A DNA stretch of 63,425 bases, counting the filler, from Octopus bimaculoides (taxonomy: Eukaryota), in the NCBI RefSeq assembly GCF_001194135.2. It is 9 parts of 9 records of this genome, joined end to end, with 100 filler letters (N's around TTAATTAATTAA, not from the genome) between each part and the next. Parts side by side here need not be neighbours in the genome. Positions count along the whole stretch, not along the records: positions 1 to 4,835 come from NC_068986.1; positions 4,936 to 24,333 come from NC_068988.1; 7 more parts are not named here. The stretch is one strand, 5' to 3'. The position numbers and the translations under genes are program-made. The notes beneath the pieces are model-generated. The model did not search any database. It was not told the DNA's origin and worked only from the letters and a program-made list of their open reading frames with translations. This document shows positions 1 through 11,425 of the stretch, piece after piece. Numbering within the stretch: the first letter of the stretch is position 1; the number at the start of each line of letters is the position of its first letter.

Positions 1-256
1 TCCGGCAGGGGATGGTGGCGAACCCTACTGTACTCTTTCACCACAACTTTCTCTTACTTCCTGTTTCTGTTGTGCCTGTAATTCAAAGGGTCAGCCTTGT
101 CACACTGTGTCACGCTGAATATCCCCGACAACTACGTTAAGGGTACACGTGTCTGTGGAGTGATCAGCCACTTGCACGTTAATTTCACAAGCAGGCTGTT
201 CCGTTGATCGGATCAACTGGAACCCTCGTCATCGTAAGCGATGGAGTACCAACAAC
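1..256 (+). mobile_element. 3' half of a SINE-like interspersed repeat ending in a CAA tail
   Basis: GC-richer non-coding block ending ...ggagtaccaacaacaa, recognised by eye as a common cephalopod-type SINE tail. Family name not verified. Confidence 0.5.
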
Positions 257-299
257 AATTGCAGTGTATTTGCCTTTAGCAGTTGATATATGTGACAAA

Positions 300-3200
300 C
301 ATATTTCAACTAACCTAAATTCTGCATATATATATATAAAAGAGGTGAGAACCGAAATCCTTCAAAGGGATGTCAAGCATTCAAGTCTGCCAGTACAATC
401 CAAGTAAAGAATATATATAAAAATATATATTCAGTATTTGCAAAAACAGTAAAAGAAGTATAAGGAAAAGAAGTATAAGGAAAGGAAAGAATTATAAGGG
501 TAGATGGACTTTAATTCAATTCAAATCCAAGTTGGTACAAAACCAATATACATTCTACAAATTGTTTCAGAGTCTAATTAATTCCAAAGACAAAGAAAAA
601 AACTCTTCATGGAATACAAATTGGATTCCTCATCAGGAATTACATACTGGTATGAATGATTACAACCAATAAAAATATACAAAGACCTTTCATAGCCCAG
701 ACATGAAAAAATAAATAAAAGATAACAAGAACGCCAGATATTCAAAACAAGAATGCGGAGTGTATCTTCTGTTCTCAACATATGAATGAAAAAGGAAGGG
801 GCGAATAAAGTAAAAGACAGCCATTCAACTCTGTGTGAGTATATGCATATACGTGTGTATATGAAAAAGTGAGGTATGTGAATGTTTGAGTGTGTATGCA
901 CGTGCATATCTGTGTGTGTGTGGGAATGTGTGAGTGTGTGCATGTGTAATGGAAACATTTCCGTGCGTGCATAATGGAAACATACAACTCTGAAGATAAA
1001 AACTGAGATCATTCCAATTTTGTTTGAGTATGTGTATGTATGTGTGTGATTGGAAAATATTTGAATGCTTGTATCTGTGTTGGTTCTGTTCTTCATTTTG
1101 TATCTTGTTTAAATAACAATTAACCATCAATTATAAACAGCACGGGGTCAGCTAATAAATAAATGTAGAAATAACAAAATGTTAGTAAGATAATTAAATC
1201 CACCGTGTCACAAAACAAATGGACCGAAATTAAAATACTCACAATATCTTTAAAAAAAACCAAAAAACAAGTTAGAGGAACCAACTAGAGTAGTAAAGAA
1301 CCAAAAGGTGAAACCAAAATTATCAAATTCTCAAAAACCACTATTTCATCTAATAAAACACTTATAATAGACAACCTTATTTAAAATTTTTAAACACGCA
1401 TTTATTCTTATGAACACTGAAAAAAAAAACCCCTTTCAGATTTAGAGTTTAGCAGCCTTTTTCTAGAAAATAGAATCAAAAATAATTCCTCGGAACAAAG
1501 AGAGCAGAACCTATTACCAATCCTATAAGCCGGGGCCGCCCCTAGAATGCTCCATTCAATAAAGTACATTTTATTATTATCTTCAAGATTCCAGATGAAA
1601 TTACTAAGACTAGTAGAAGAAGTCCTATTTCTGTTCCTAAAGGAATAGTAATGATTCAAAACCCTTTCCTTAATATAATTGGTAGAAGAACCAATATAAA
1701 AGTAATCATTACCTTCAGAAATAACTTTAGCTTGATAGACGACTTCCTTACGCTTACAAAAATTACCAAATAAACAATTTTCTTTGTTTCTACAATCATA
1801 AAGGGAATTCTCACCCCTATTTGCACCTTCATAAATTGAATTATCATTAAGTGAAAGGCTATTACCTCCACTATTATTGAAACTTATAATAGAAATAGAA
1901 TTCAAACTATCCCTGCCAAACTGGCTATTAGGAAAATCATTAACATTGGTACTCATAAAATGAGTCTAGTTAGTATTAACTAAGTTATCTTGAAGATAAA
2001 AACTGGATAATTTCTTTTCATTAATAGAAGAAATAATCTGAGATAGATTCCTAGAGACTGAAAAAGCAACTTTAATGGATCTCAGATTCTAAATCCCATA
2101 ATGTCTACTTTTTTTTATTGAAGTGCTTTAAAAACAATTTATACACCGCCCCAACTAAGTTACTAATGTTACTCTTGTCCAAAACTAAATTAGAATGACT
2201 TAAATTATTCACATTATAGACCAACTTCAAATTATAACCTTTTATCACATAATTATATTTATATTTGTGAACATTAATATCTGGAACTAAAGGGTTACTC
2301 TCACAGTAGTTATGCCCACTTCCTGATTTATATTTACCGTTTAGATTTGGGACATTTAAAATCAAATCCATTACCATTACTAGTAAGTTTCGATTTATCA
2401 GTATAATCATTGTTAGGAGTATTTAGGTATTCAATTTTCTTATTGCAACCAGCCTTTTTAAGGGCTATATTATAGTAATCAGCATTCCTATCAAAAACTA
2501 CCTTACAAGAAGATAATACAGAAATTCTAGAGATATTGTAAATTTGAAATTTTTTAACACTGCCTGGATGATTACTTTCTGAATTAATATATTTCAGATT
2601 AGAGTTAGACTTATGATAAAGTTTGTAAATATCAGTAACATCTATTCATGCTCATTTACTATGGTGATAGAAAAACTGAAGCTAACTCTAAAAAACCAGT
2701 AAAACTTCTTATATAGAGCCAATTTCCTATTTGTAACATTCTTAACAGTGAACAAAGAGTCATTGCAGTATAAATCCCCTGCAAGTTCCGGAAGCTCACA
2801 TCCTAACTTAAACAAAATGTAACTACCTACAATATCCATAACCTCAGCAGAATCCCCGGAATATCAAAGCCATCATAACTATCACTTCTAATCCAAAACT
2901 TATTCTCAAATTCAATAACAGATCTTCTAGCCACCAAAATGATCTTAATTTCATCCATACTTAAGTCAGAATATTAGGGCCTTGTTTAAAATGACTTGAT
3001 TGATAGAAGAATAATAGTTATTAATATCTATTTGAATAAACCTATTCCTACCCTTATCTTCAATTTTATTAAACCAATTGATAACCTCATAGGAGTTAGA
3101 CCAAAGATACAACTTAATCTTATTCTTAAGAATTGGAATATACTTGCTTTAAATGGCCTTACTGAGTCTCCGAATCTGATTTCCCTGGGTAAATCAGGCA

Positions 3201-3743
3201 CACTGTAGGATTACAATAAAAGTTTTCCTTATGGATTTAAAAAAAAAAAATTAAATCTTTTAGGGACCATTGGTTCAGTTCTATCATCCAAATGATCATC
3301 CTCCAGAATACATTTAGCAATTAAGTTATGAGTCCTCAAAATGTTCTGGTCAGCTATTTTGTAAGCTTTGGTAATTTCCTTTTTCAATAATTTGTGATAC
3401 GGATTTAAGTCAAGATTATATAAGTTTCTGGTCTTATCAGAATGAACAATGATGCCTTTCTTTTTTTTCTTAAGTCAGAAACAATAGATTTCAATTTCAA
3501 TAAATGTTTCTTACCAAAGTGAGGGAATTTTTTAAACTTAACGTTCTTTACAAGGTCCTATAATTTATTTTCAAAACTGGTAAGATAACTGTTCAAAGGT
3601 AGAAATTTCATAGTTTAAAAAATTTTCTTATATATATTTTCATTTTCATTAACAGCTTCTAGATCAATATCTGGTGACTCAGTCCTTCTATCAAAATAGA
3701 ATGTTTTCCTTCTGAGTCGATGAATAAATTCAGTAGTTTTTAT

Positions 3744-3745
<2 letters not shown>
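300..3745 (-). mobile_element. Penelope-like retroelement PLE-1: near full-length decayed ORF (N-terminal region, RT, GIY-YIG) plus 3' UTR
   Basis: Minus-strand frames give [15 protein letters not shown] (N-terminal), DIVGSYILFKL...GDLYCNDSLF (degenerate YRDD RT core, 2642-2839) and VVYQAKV...FYIGSSTNYIKERVLNHYYSF...EWSILG...CSLCSEE (GIY-YIG, 1408-1956). Many stops and frameshifts. Confidence 0.85.
551..641 (-). ncRNA. Degenerate minimal type I hammerhead ribozyme in the PLE-1 3' UTR
   Basis: Minus strand reads AAUUC-CUGAUGA-[61 nt, GGAAUCCAAUU...AAUUAGACUCU]-GAAAC-AAUUU-GUA-GAAU. Helix I is AUUC/GAAU; the core is intact. Confidence 0.65.
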
Positions 3746-3826
<81 letters not shown>

Positions 3827-3899
3827 ATATATATATGGATATATATATATGGATATATATATGTATACATATATATATATGCATATATATGTATATGTA

Positions 3900-3940
<41 letters not shown>

Positions 3941-3962
3941 TCATCATCATCATCATCATCAT
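3746..3962. repeat. Compound microsatellite (GT)n/(AT)n/(CAT)n
   Basis: Direct reading. Confidence 0.95.
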
Positions 3963-4830
3963 CGTTTAACGTCCGCTTTCCATGCTAGCATGGGTTGGAC
4001 GATTTGACTGAGGACTGGTGAAACCAGATGGCTACACCAGGCTCCAATCTGATTTGGCAGAGTTTCTACAGCTGGATGCCCTTCCTAACGCCAACCACTC
4101 AGAGAGTGTAGTGGGTGCTTTTACATTTCACCCGCACGAAGGCCAGTCAGGCGGTACTGGCAATGGCCATGCTCAAAATGGTGTATTTTATGTGCCATCC
4201 GCACAAGAGCCAGTCCAGGGGCACTGGCAATGATCTCGCTCGAAAAATCCTTACACATGTGTCACAGGCACAAGTGCCAGAAAGGCGACGCTGGGCACAG
4301 GTGCCATCCCGATTTCGCTTGCCCCAATAAGTCTTCACAAGCTGAGTTTCGTGTCCAATGAAGGAAAGGTATGCATAAGTGGGCTGGCTACACCCCTGGC
4401 AGAGGCCTTGGGTTTAGGTCTCACTTGGCTTTCCGGGTCTTCTCACGCACAGGATATTTCCAAAGGTCTTGGTCAGAAGTCATTGCCTCGGTGAGGCCCA
4501 ATGTTCGAAGGTCTTGCCTCACCACCTCAGCCCAGGTCTTCCTGGGCCTACCTCTTCCATGGGTTCCCTCAACTGTTAGGGTTTGGCACTTTTTCACACA
4601 GCTATCCTCATCCATTCTTGTCACATGTCCATACCAGTGCAATCGTCTCTCTTGCACACCACAACTGATGCTTCTTATGTTCAGCTTTTCTCTCAAGATA
4701 CTTACACTTTGTCGGGTATGCACACTTACATTACTCATCCATCGGAGCATACTGGCTTCATTCCTTACGAGCTTACACATGTCCTCAGCCGTCACAGCCC
4801 ATGTTCCACTGCCATGTAGCATGGCTATAG
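3938..4830 (-). mobile_element. RTE-clade LINE 3' end (ORF C-terminus plus 3' UTR ending in a (GAT)n tail)
   Basis: ORF 4421-4822 contains RRLHWYGHVTRM...GRGRPRKTW...DQDLWK. The UTR continues to ...gcatggaaagcggacgttaaacgatgatg. Confidence 0.9.
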
Positions 4831-4969
4831 ATATANNNNNNNNNNNNNNNNNNNNNNNNNNNNNNNNNNNNNNNNNNNNTTAATTAATTAANNNNNNNNN
4901 NNNNNNNNNNNNNNNNNNNNNNNNNNNNNNNNNNNATTGATGTTGTTTTATTGTCTATTTTGATTTTTG

Positions 4970-5008
4970 GGAGATATTTATTATTTATTATTTATTATTT
5001 ATTATTTA

Positions 5009-5085
<77 letters not shown>

Positions 5086-5195
5086 CATTATTATCTGCAT
5101 CATCACTAATTTTATTGTCATCATTATCGTCGTCATTGTCATTATTATTGTTGCTGTTGTTGTTGTTGTTGTTGTTATTCATCATCATCGTCATT
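4970..5195. repeat. (ATT)n/(GTT)n microsatellite
   Basis: Direct reading. Confidence 0.9.
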
Positions 5196-5530
5196 TAACG
5201 TCCGCTTTCCATGCTAGCATGGGTTGAACGATTTGACTGAGGACTGGTGAACCAGATGGCTACACCAGGCTCCAATCTGATTTGGCAGAGTTTCTACAGC
5301 TGGATGCCCTTCCTAACGCCAACCACTCCGAGAGTGTAGTGGGTGCTTTTACGTGCCACCAGCACGAAGGCCAATCAGGCGGTACTGGCAACGGCCACGC
5401 TCAAAATGGTGTATTTTACGTGCCACCTGCACAGGAGCCAGTCCAGCGGCAATGGCAACGATCTCGCTCGAATGTCTTTACACGTGCCACCGGCACAAGT
5501 GCCAGGAAAGTGACGCTGGGCACAGGTGCC
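5190..5530 (-). mobile_element. Non-autonomous or 5'-truncated copy of the RTE 3' UTR
   Basis: Near-identical to 3960-4305. Shorter copies occur at 50870-51015 and 61690-61850. Confidence 0.85.
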
Positions 5531-5548
5531 ATATTATTATGATTGTTA

Positions 5549-5610
<62 letters not shown>

Positions 5611-5613
5611 GCT

Positions 5614-5828
5614 AAGGTGGCGAACTGGTAGAATTGCTAGCATGCTGAATAAAATGCTTAGTGGTATTTTGCCCATCACCACATTCAGAATTCAAATTAC
5701 GCCGAAGTTGACTTTGCCTTTCATCCTTCGAGGTCAATAAAATAAGTACCAGTTGAACATTGAGATCGATTACATCAGCTCATCCACTCCCCAAAATTAA
5801 TAACCGTGTGGCAAAATTTGAAACTATT
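5614..5828 (+). mobile_element. tRNA-derived SINE, family A
   Basis: Head aaggYGgcgaRctggcagaa...gttcaaatt...gtcgactttgcctttcatcc recurs at more than 10 sites in the window. Confidence 0.8.
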
Positions 5829-5852
5829 ACTATTATTATTACTATTATTATT

Positions 5853-6050
5853 AAGGCAGCGAGCTAGCAGAATTGTTAGCACACTGTACGAAATGCTTAG
5901 CAGTATTTCGCCAATCATTATATTCCGAGTTCAAATTCTGCCAAGGTCTACTTTGCCTTTCATCCTTTCGGAGTCAATATACTAAATACCAGTTGCATAC
6001 TGGGGTCGATCTAATCAACTGCCCAACTTCCTTAAAATTTCAGGCTTTGT
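5853..6050 (+). mobile_element. tRNA-derived SINE, family A (tandem neighbour of the previous copy)
   Basis: Same consensus as 5614-5828. Confidence 0.8.
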
Positions 6051-7150
6051 GTCCATATATACAATTTTTCTTCAGTGAAAAGTTGACTCCATTAGATTAA
6101 AATATCAGTAAGACATTCATGTGACTAATCCATCCATTAAATTTTCACATTTAGAAAGGATGGTCTGGCAACATTTTGTACATCAAACCTTTAACCAGCC
6201 AATGCCAATGTAGGCTTTAATTCAAGGAGTTACATAATAGAAGTTAATTTAAAAAGTTGAATCCATGTGTGTAATTTTCTGATGAGTGATCACTTCAGCC
6301 AATGCTTTATATTTGTTTTGGTCAAGGTGCTTGCTTCTATGGCTTAAACTTCTTTTGTTTCCTTGATAAATTGATTTAACCAACTCATTGCATTATTTTT
6401 CTTTTATTATCCTCTTATTTAAAAGGACAGTGCCTATCTGCATTTAGAGGATCCTCAAGACTGGAAAAATGTATCCTCAGACCTAAGACCTGATCAGAAT
6501 GCTTATAAGGGTGAAAACGCTGTTAAAATTATTCAAGATGCCACGTGGTGGGGCAGTTAAACTGGGTGACAGATTAAATCTACCACCCAAGTAAACCATG
6601 GTAAGATTTGAACTCTGAACACAAAGAACCAAGGCAAAACTCACAAAGCACCTGATCCAATGGTCTTACAGATCTATTAATTTACTTCCCTTAAGTTATG
6701 AAATCACTTCTATCAATACTGAAAGTATGAAAGGTGCAATTGACCTTGGTAGGATTTGAACACAGAGAATGCATGACATTCTATCTGATGCTCTAATAAC
6801 TATATCATTCCACCAAGTTTTTGATCAATAAAACTATAAACGGATTGTATTCCAGAGGAAATGGAGAGGTATGCTCGAAACACTTGAAGCATAACTTAAT
6901 TCAGAAACAGACTCAGAATAATCCTGTATGTGACAAGGCAGGTTCTTTTAACTACATGTTCAACCTATCCAATGGATTTTATGGGATAACCATGTTATAT
7001 CACTTGGCTATAGTAGCTCACATGTATAATACATCTTACCTCTCTATAATAGTACTTTGCTATGATGGTTCCTAGCTATAAGGTACCTCTCTATGATGGT
7101 ATCTTGCTTTAATGGTAACACGTAAAATGAAAACAGAACACAAAGGATTC

Positions 7151-7251
7151 CACGGTACACGTTTTTCAAGCTTTATACACAAACAGTCGTTGCATCATTA
7201 TATGAGTATATAATTGATAGAAAGGATGGTTTAAAGCTATCTTCAGCCGCA
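7151..7251 (-). ncRNA. Hammerhead motif, PLE-2 3' copy (helix III broken)
   Basis: UGCGG-CUGAAGA-UAGCUUUA...UAAAGCUU-GAAAA-ACGU-GUA-CCGUG. Helices I and II pair; GAAAC is changed to GAAAA. Confidence 0.6.
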
Positions 7252-9397
7252 AACATTTCCAGTCCCAAGATTACATCACAAAGAAAAAAGAAAAAGAGAG
7301 AAAAAAAGGAAAAGTCCACTTAGTATTATCCATTGTAATATGCTTATCCTTTAAATTGTTATATCTACATAAAAGTTCCTTGGTATTCAAAAATCTGTCC
7401 AAATTGTACCACAATTCAGGGTAGAGTGAATGATAAATAAATATAACTAGCGTATATGAGATAGAAGGAGAAGATAAAAAATGAAAGAAGTTAGAGGTTA
7501 AAACAATATAAAATATGAAAAAACAATATAAAATAAGAGATAAAATACAAAAATAATAGAAGTCAAATCGAGAGTAATATAAGAAAAAATACGGAAAGTA
7601 AAGTAAGATGCATATAAAAGATTTAGTAGGGTTGGAATAAGATAATAAAGGAAATAAAGGAATTAGGATAAAGAAATGGAGAAATAAAAAAATGAAATAA
7701 AAGAAGTAAAGAAAAAGAGGAAAAAGAAAAGACCTAAAAATAGAAAAAGAGATAAAGAGAAATAAAGAGATAAGATCCTAAATGGTAGAAATACATGATG
7801 CTGTCTTGGCCAGGAATAGTGGGGTGGGGGATCATATATAATTTCTTAGCTAGACTAAGGTTGAAATATATCCTTCTGATGAGTGGTCAGTCTACCCAAA
7901 GCACACCACTACAACTTAAGTATATGAACTTATCTATTATACTAGTACATACACTTACTTAGAAGATAGATAAATAAATAATAATGATGGAAGTGGTAAA
8001 GAGTAATTAGAAAATATAAAAACTAAAAAAAAAGAAAAATTAGAAAATGTAAAAAAAAGGTTAGAAAATATAAAGAGGAAAACTAGGGTTGAAGTTAAAA
8101 ATTAAAAAAATTAAAAGTATGGGGAACAATTATAATAGTAGTAATATAATAGTAATAATGTATTACATAATGTAATAGTAATAAAAAATAACAACAATAA
8201 CAATAATAATAATAATATAATGGTTTGAAAAAGTACATTGATTGGAAAAATATTGTGATTGGGGAAGTTTCAGCTTATCTATTTGTGTAAATTATATGTC
8301 ATAGAGCAACTATTACAATAATCGTGTTGTAATCGTTTGGGTATTGCTATATGAAGTTAAAGGACTCTGGGTTTGTATCTCCTAATGAATACTAGTATAA
8401 TCTTAATATATAAAGCTGAAGTTGTGTGTCTGTGTGAAGCCTTTTTAAAAGTTTATAGAAATCCACATTTTCCACTTTTTCGTAAAAACTTTTACATCAA
8501 TGGAATTTTCTCGATGTGAACTTTCCAGTGCAGTAATTAGATTTTTTAAATTCCGTTTATTTTGTGTGATTTAAGGGAGATTTGGCTGTTGTTTCTAGCA
8601 ACTTTTATATTTCTTCCCTTCTACCTGGAACGCCGTNNNNNNNNNNNNNNNNNNNNNNNNNNNNNNNNNNNNNNNNNNNNNNNNNNNNNNNNNNNNNNNN
8701 NNNNNNNNNNNNNNNNNNNNNNNNNNNNNNNNNNNNNNNNNNNNNNNNNNNNNNNNNNNNNNNNNNNNNNNNNNNNNNNNNNNNNNNNNNNNNNNNNNNN
8801 NNNNNNNNNNNNNNNNNNNNNNNNNNNNNNNNNNNNNNNNNNNNNNNNNNNNNNNNNNNNNNNNNNNNNNNNNNNNNNNNNNNNNNNNNNNNNNNNNNNN
8901 NNNNNNNNNNNNNNNNNNNNNNNNNNNNNNNNNNNNNNNNNNNNNNNNNNNNNNNNNNNNNNNNNNNNNNNNNNNNNNNNNNNNNNNNNNNNNNNNNNNN
9001 NNNNNNNNNNNNNNNNNNNNNNNNNNNNNNNNNNNNNNNNNNNNNNNNNNNNNNNNNNNNNNNNNNNNNNNNNNNNNNNNNNNNNNNNNNNNNNNNNNNN
9101 NNNNNNNNNNNNNNNNNNNNNNNNNNNNNNNNNNNNNNNNNNNNNNNNNNNNNNNNNNNNNNNNNNNNNNNNNNNNNNNNNNNNNNNNNNNNNNNNNNNN
9201 NNNNNNNNNNNNNNNNNNNNNNNNNNNNNNNNNNNNNNNNNNNNNNNNNNNNNNNNNNNNNNNNNNNNNNNNNNNNNNNNNNNNNNNNNNNNNNNNNNNN
9301 NNNNNNNNNNNNNNNNNNNNNNNNNNNNNNNNNNNNNNNNNNNNNNNNNNNNNNNNNNNNNNNNNNNNNNNNNNNNNNNNNNNNNNNNNNNNNNNNC

Positions 9398-9718
9398 TGC
9401 AGGTTATTTTTGAGAAGTGTTCCCTACTCGGTGGTGTTTCGGAGTTATGTATAATCAGGGCAGCGCAAAAAGTTGTTTTGCACAAGCATTTCTATAGCCA
9501 ATTAGATGGATGAAATTTACGTACGCTTAATAATGTTATGCAAAACAGCCTTCAGACTTTCCCTATTAATTTCATCGTCTTTTGAATTATGAACATATTT
9601 ACATCACAAGGGTATTTTCGTTGTAAGGCTTTCTTTTTTAGTTGATTTTCACCTAGCAAGACTTATCGTAGATGGCGTAATAAGTCACACCCGGACAAGG
9701 TCGGGTTATACTGCTAGT
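9398..9718 (+). mobile_element. Helitron 3' end nested in the PLE-2 3' UTR
   Basis: Subterminal hairpin acccgga-caagg-tcgggt followed by tatactgCTAG|T at 9714-9718. The 5' part is lost in the N gap. Confidence 0.6.
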
Positions 9719-10893
9719 ATTATTATAAAAACATTGAAATGATGAGTGTTATTTAATGTTACCTTTGTGTATTCTAGTGTTATTCGAAATTTTAGAGCCA
9801 GTGACTAAATAGTTTAATAATTTTCCTCTAAAAATGGGATTAGGGATCTCGGGTTATTAAATATGTGTGTATTATATGAGGTCAGAATCTAGCTATGTGA
9901 GGGTAAACTGAATAATTAAAGTAAATAGTTAAGTTGTTTGGGGTAGAGTACGGGCTTCGTTAATTCAATGCCTGAATGGTGGCAGGATGGATCCGACGAG
10001 GGAATTACCAATGAGAGAAGATGATGAAGTGATTATAACTTAAAAGTGGGGACTTAAGGATTATAGTATTTAAAGGTTTTAATCGTTTTATGTATACAAG
10101 ATGGTTTGAATTCTGATCTTTTATTAATTAGCTTGTTCTTTTCAGGGAATCCAATGATTTTCAATAGTTCTAAGGAACAAAACTGGCAACCAGTTCTATT
10201 TTTATAAGTTGCGGCCGATCCAACTACGGACTATCTAAGGTTAAAGTTAATATTTTCGTCTTTAAGTTCCCATATTCTACATGATAATGAAGTGCTACTA
10301 GCCTTATGCCTGAGTCTAAATGATTACCTATGGTTATAGAACCTAGATTTCCAGGAGGAAGAGCACCCAATGTACGTGAGGTCATTCGTTTCAGTAATTA
10401 TTTCGCAAGAATAGACTATGTTTTTGCTAGGCAGTTTCCACGTAAAGGACATATTGATGTTGTTACACAATTGCACCCAACTTTATAATTGTTATGCCGT
10501 CTTATGCTTGCATGTGGAGAGTAACTGTTTATAGGATTGTTATCTTTGTTAGTTCTCGGGTGGTTAAGGTTTACGCCTACATTGCTGTTACTATTATTGT
10601 TGTTACCTCTATTGGGGTTGTTCAAAGTTTCACTAGCTCTATTCTTCCTGCCGTTAACACTGGTACTATATTTATTATTTCTATCAACAATATTATTAAT
10701 TATATTGGAATTGTAGCTCGTATAATTATTGTCTTGGTTACTCTTTGAGGTGGAGTTGGATACCAAGGAACTTTTATGTAGATATAACAATTTAAAGGGT
10801 AAGCATATTACAATGGATAATACTAAGTGGACTTTTCCTTTTTTCTCTCTTTTTCTTTTTTCTTTGTGATGTAATCTTGGGACTGAAAATGTT

Positions 10894-10994
10894 TGCAGCT
10901 GAAGAGAACTTTAAACCATCCTTTCTATCAATTATATACTCATATAATGATGCAACAACTGTTTGTGCATAAAGCTTGAAACACGTGTACCACG
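10894..10994 (+). ncRNA. Hammerhead motif, PLE-2 inverted pLTR copy (core and helix III intact, helix I mismatched)
   Basis: CUGAAGA 10899-10905, 72-nt helix II segment closed by GAACUUUA/UAAAGCUU, GAAAC 10978-10982, ACGU loop, GUA 10987-10989. Confidence 0.7.
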
Positions 10995-11240
10995 GAATCT
11001 TTGTGTTCTGTTTTCATTTTACGTTTTAATATATTCTTTCACCTCGACCACTATCTGGCATATACAGGTGCTTACACTTATCAAGTATTATCTCTAAAAT
11101 TTAATGGTAACACTATAGATTGTTGGACAGGGTTCTTGTTAGTCATATGTTGTATCTAAAGAAACAGCACAAGAGAATTTTAATTTTTGTCAGCCTACTT
11201 CTTACAAAACCAGATTTCATCTTATTATCAAATAATAAAA

Positions 11241-11425
11241 CAAGGTGGCAAGCTAGTAGAATTGTTAGCATGCCAGGTAAAATGCTTAGTGATATTCCAT
11301 CCACTACATTGAAAGCTCAAATTGCACTGAGGTTGACTATCTTTCATCCTTTCAGTATCAATGAAATAAGTACCAGTTAAGGACTGGGATCAAACTTGCT
11401 GGCTTTGTGCCAAAATTTGAACCAA
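11241..11425 (+). mobile_element. SINE family A, diverged
   Basis: aaggtggcaagctagtagaattgttagc... matches the family head. Confidence 0.7.

Larger units (their letters stand above)
7108..11113 (-). mobile_element. PLE-2: 5'-truncated Penelope-like insertion with inverted pseudo-LTR and 14-bp TSD
   Basis: 7120-7390 is the reverse complement of 10756-11024. TTTAATGGTAACAC occurs at 7108-7121 and 11100-11113. GIY-YIG on the minus strand at about 10060-10755 (GCNCVTTSICPLRGNCLAKT...YIGCSSSWKSRFYNH). Confidence 0.85.

Noticed and set aside
6279-6300. CTGATGAG motif
   Set aside because: No downstream GAAA-NNNN-UH and no PLE context.
6424-6510. Possible exon DSAYLHLEDPQDWKNVSSDLRPDQNAYK after a pyrimidine tract
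   Set aside because: Weak donor, no recognisable protein, and adjacent to a decayed SINE.
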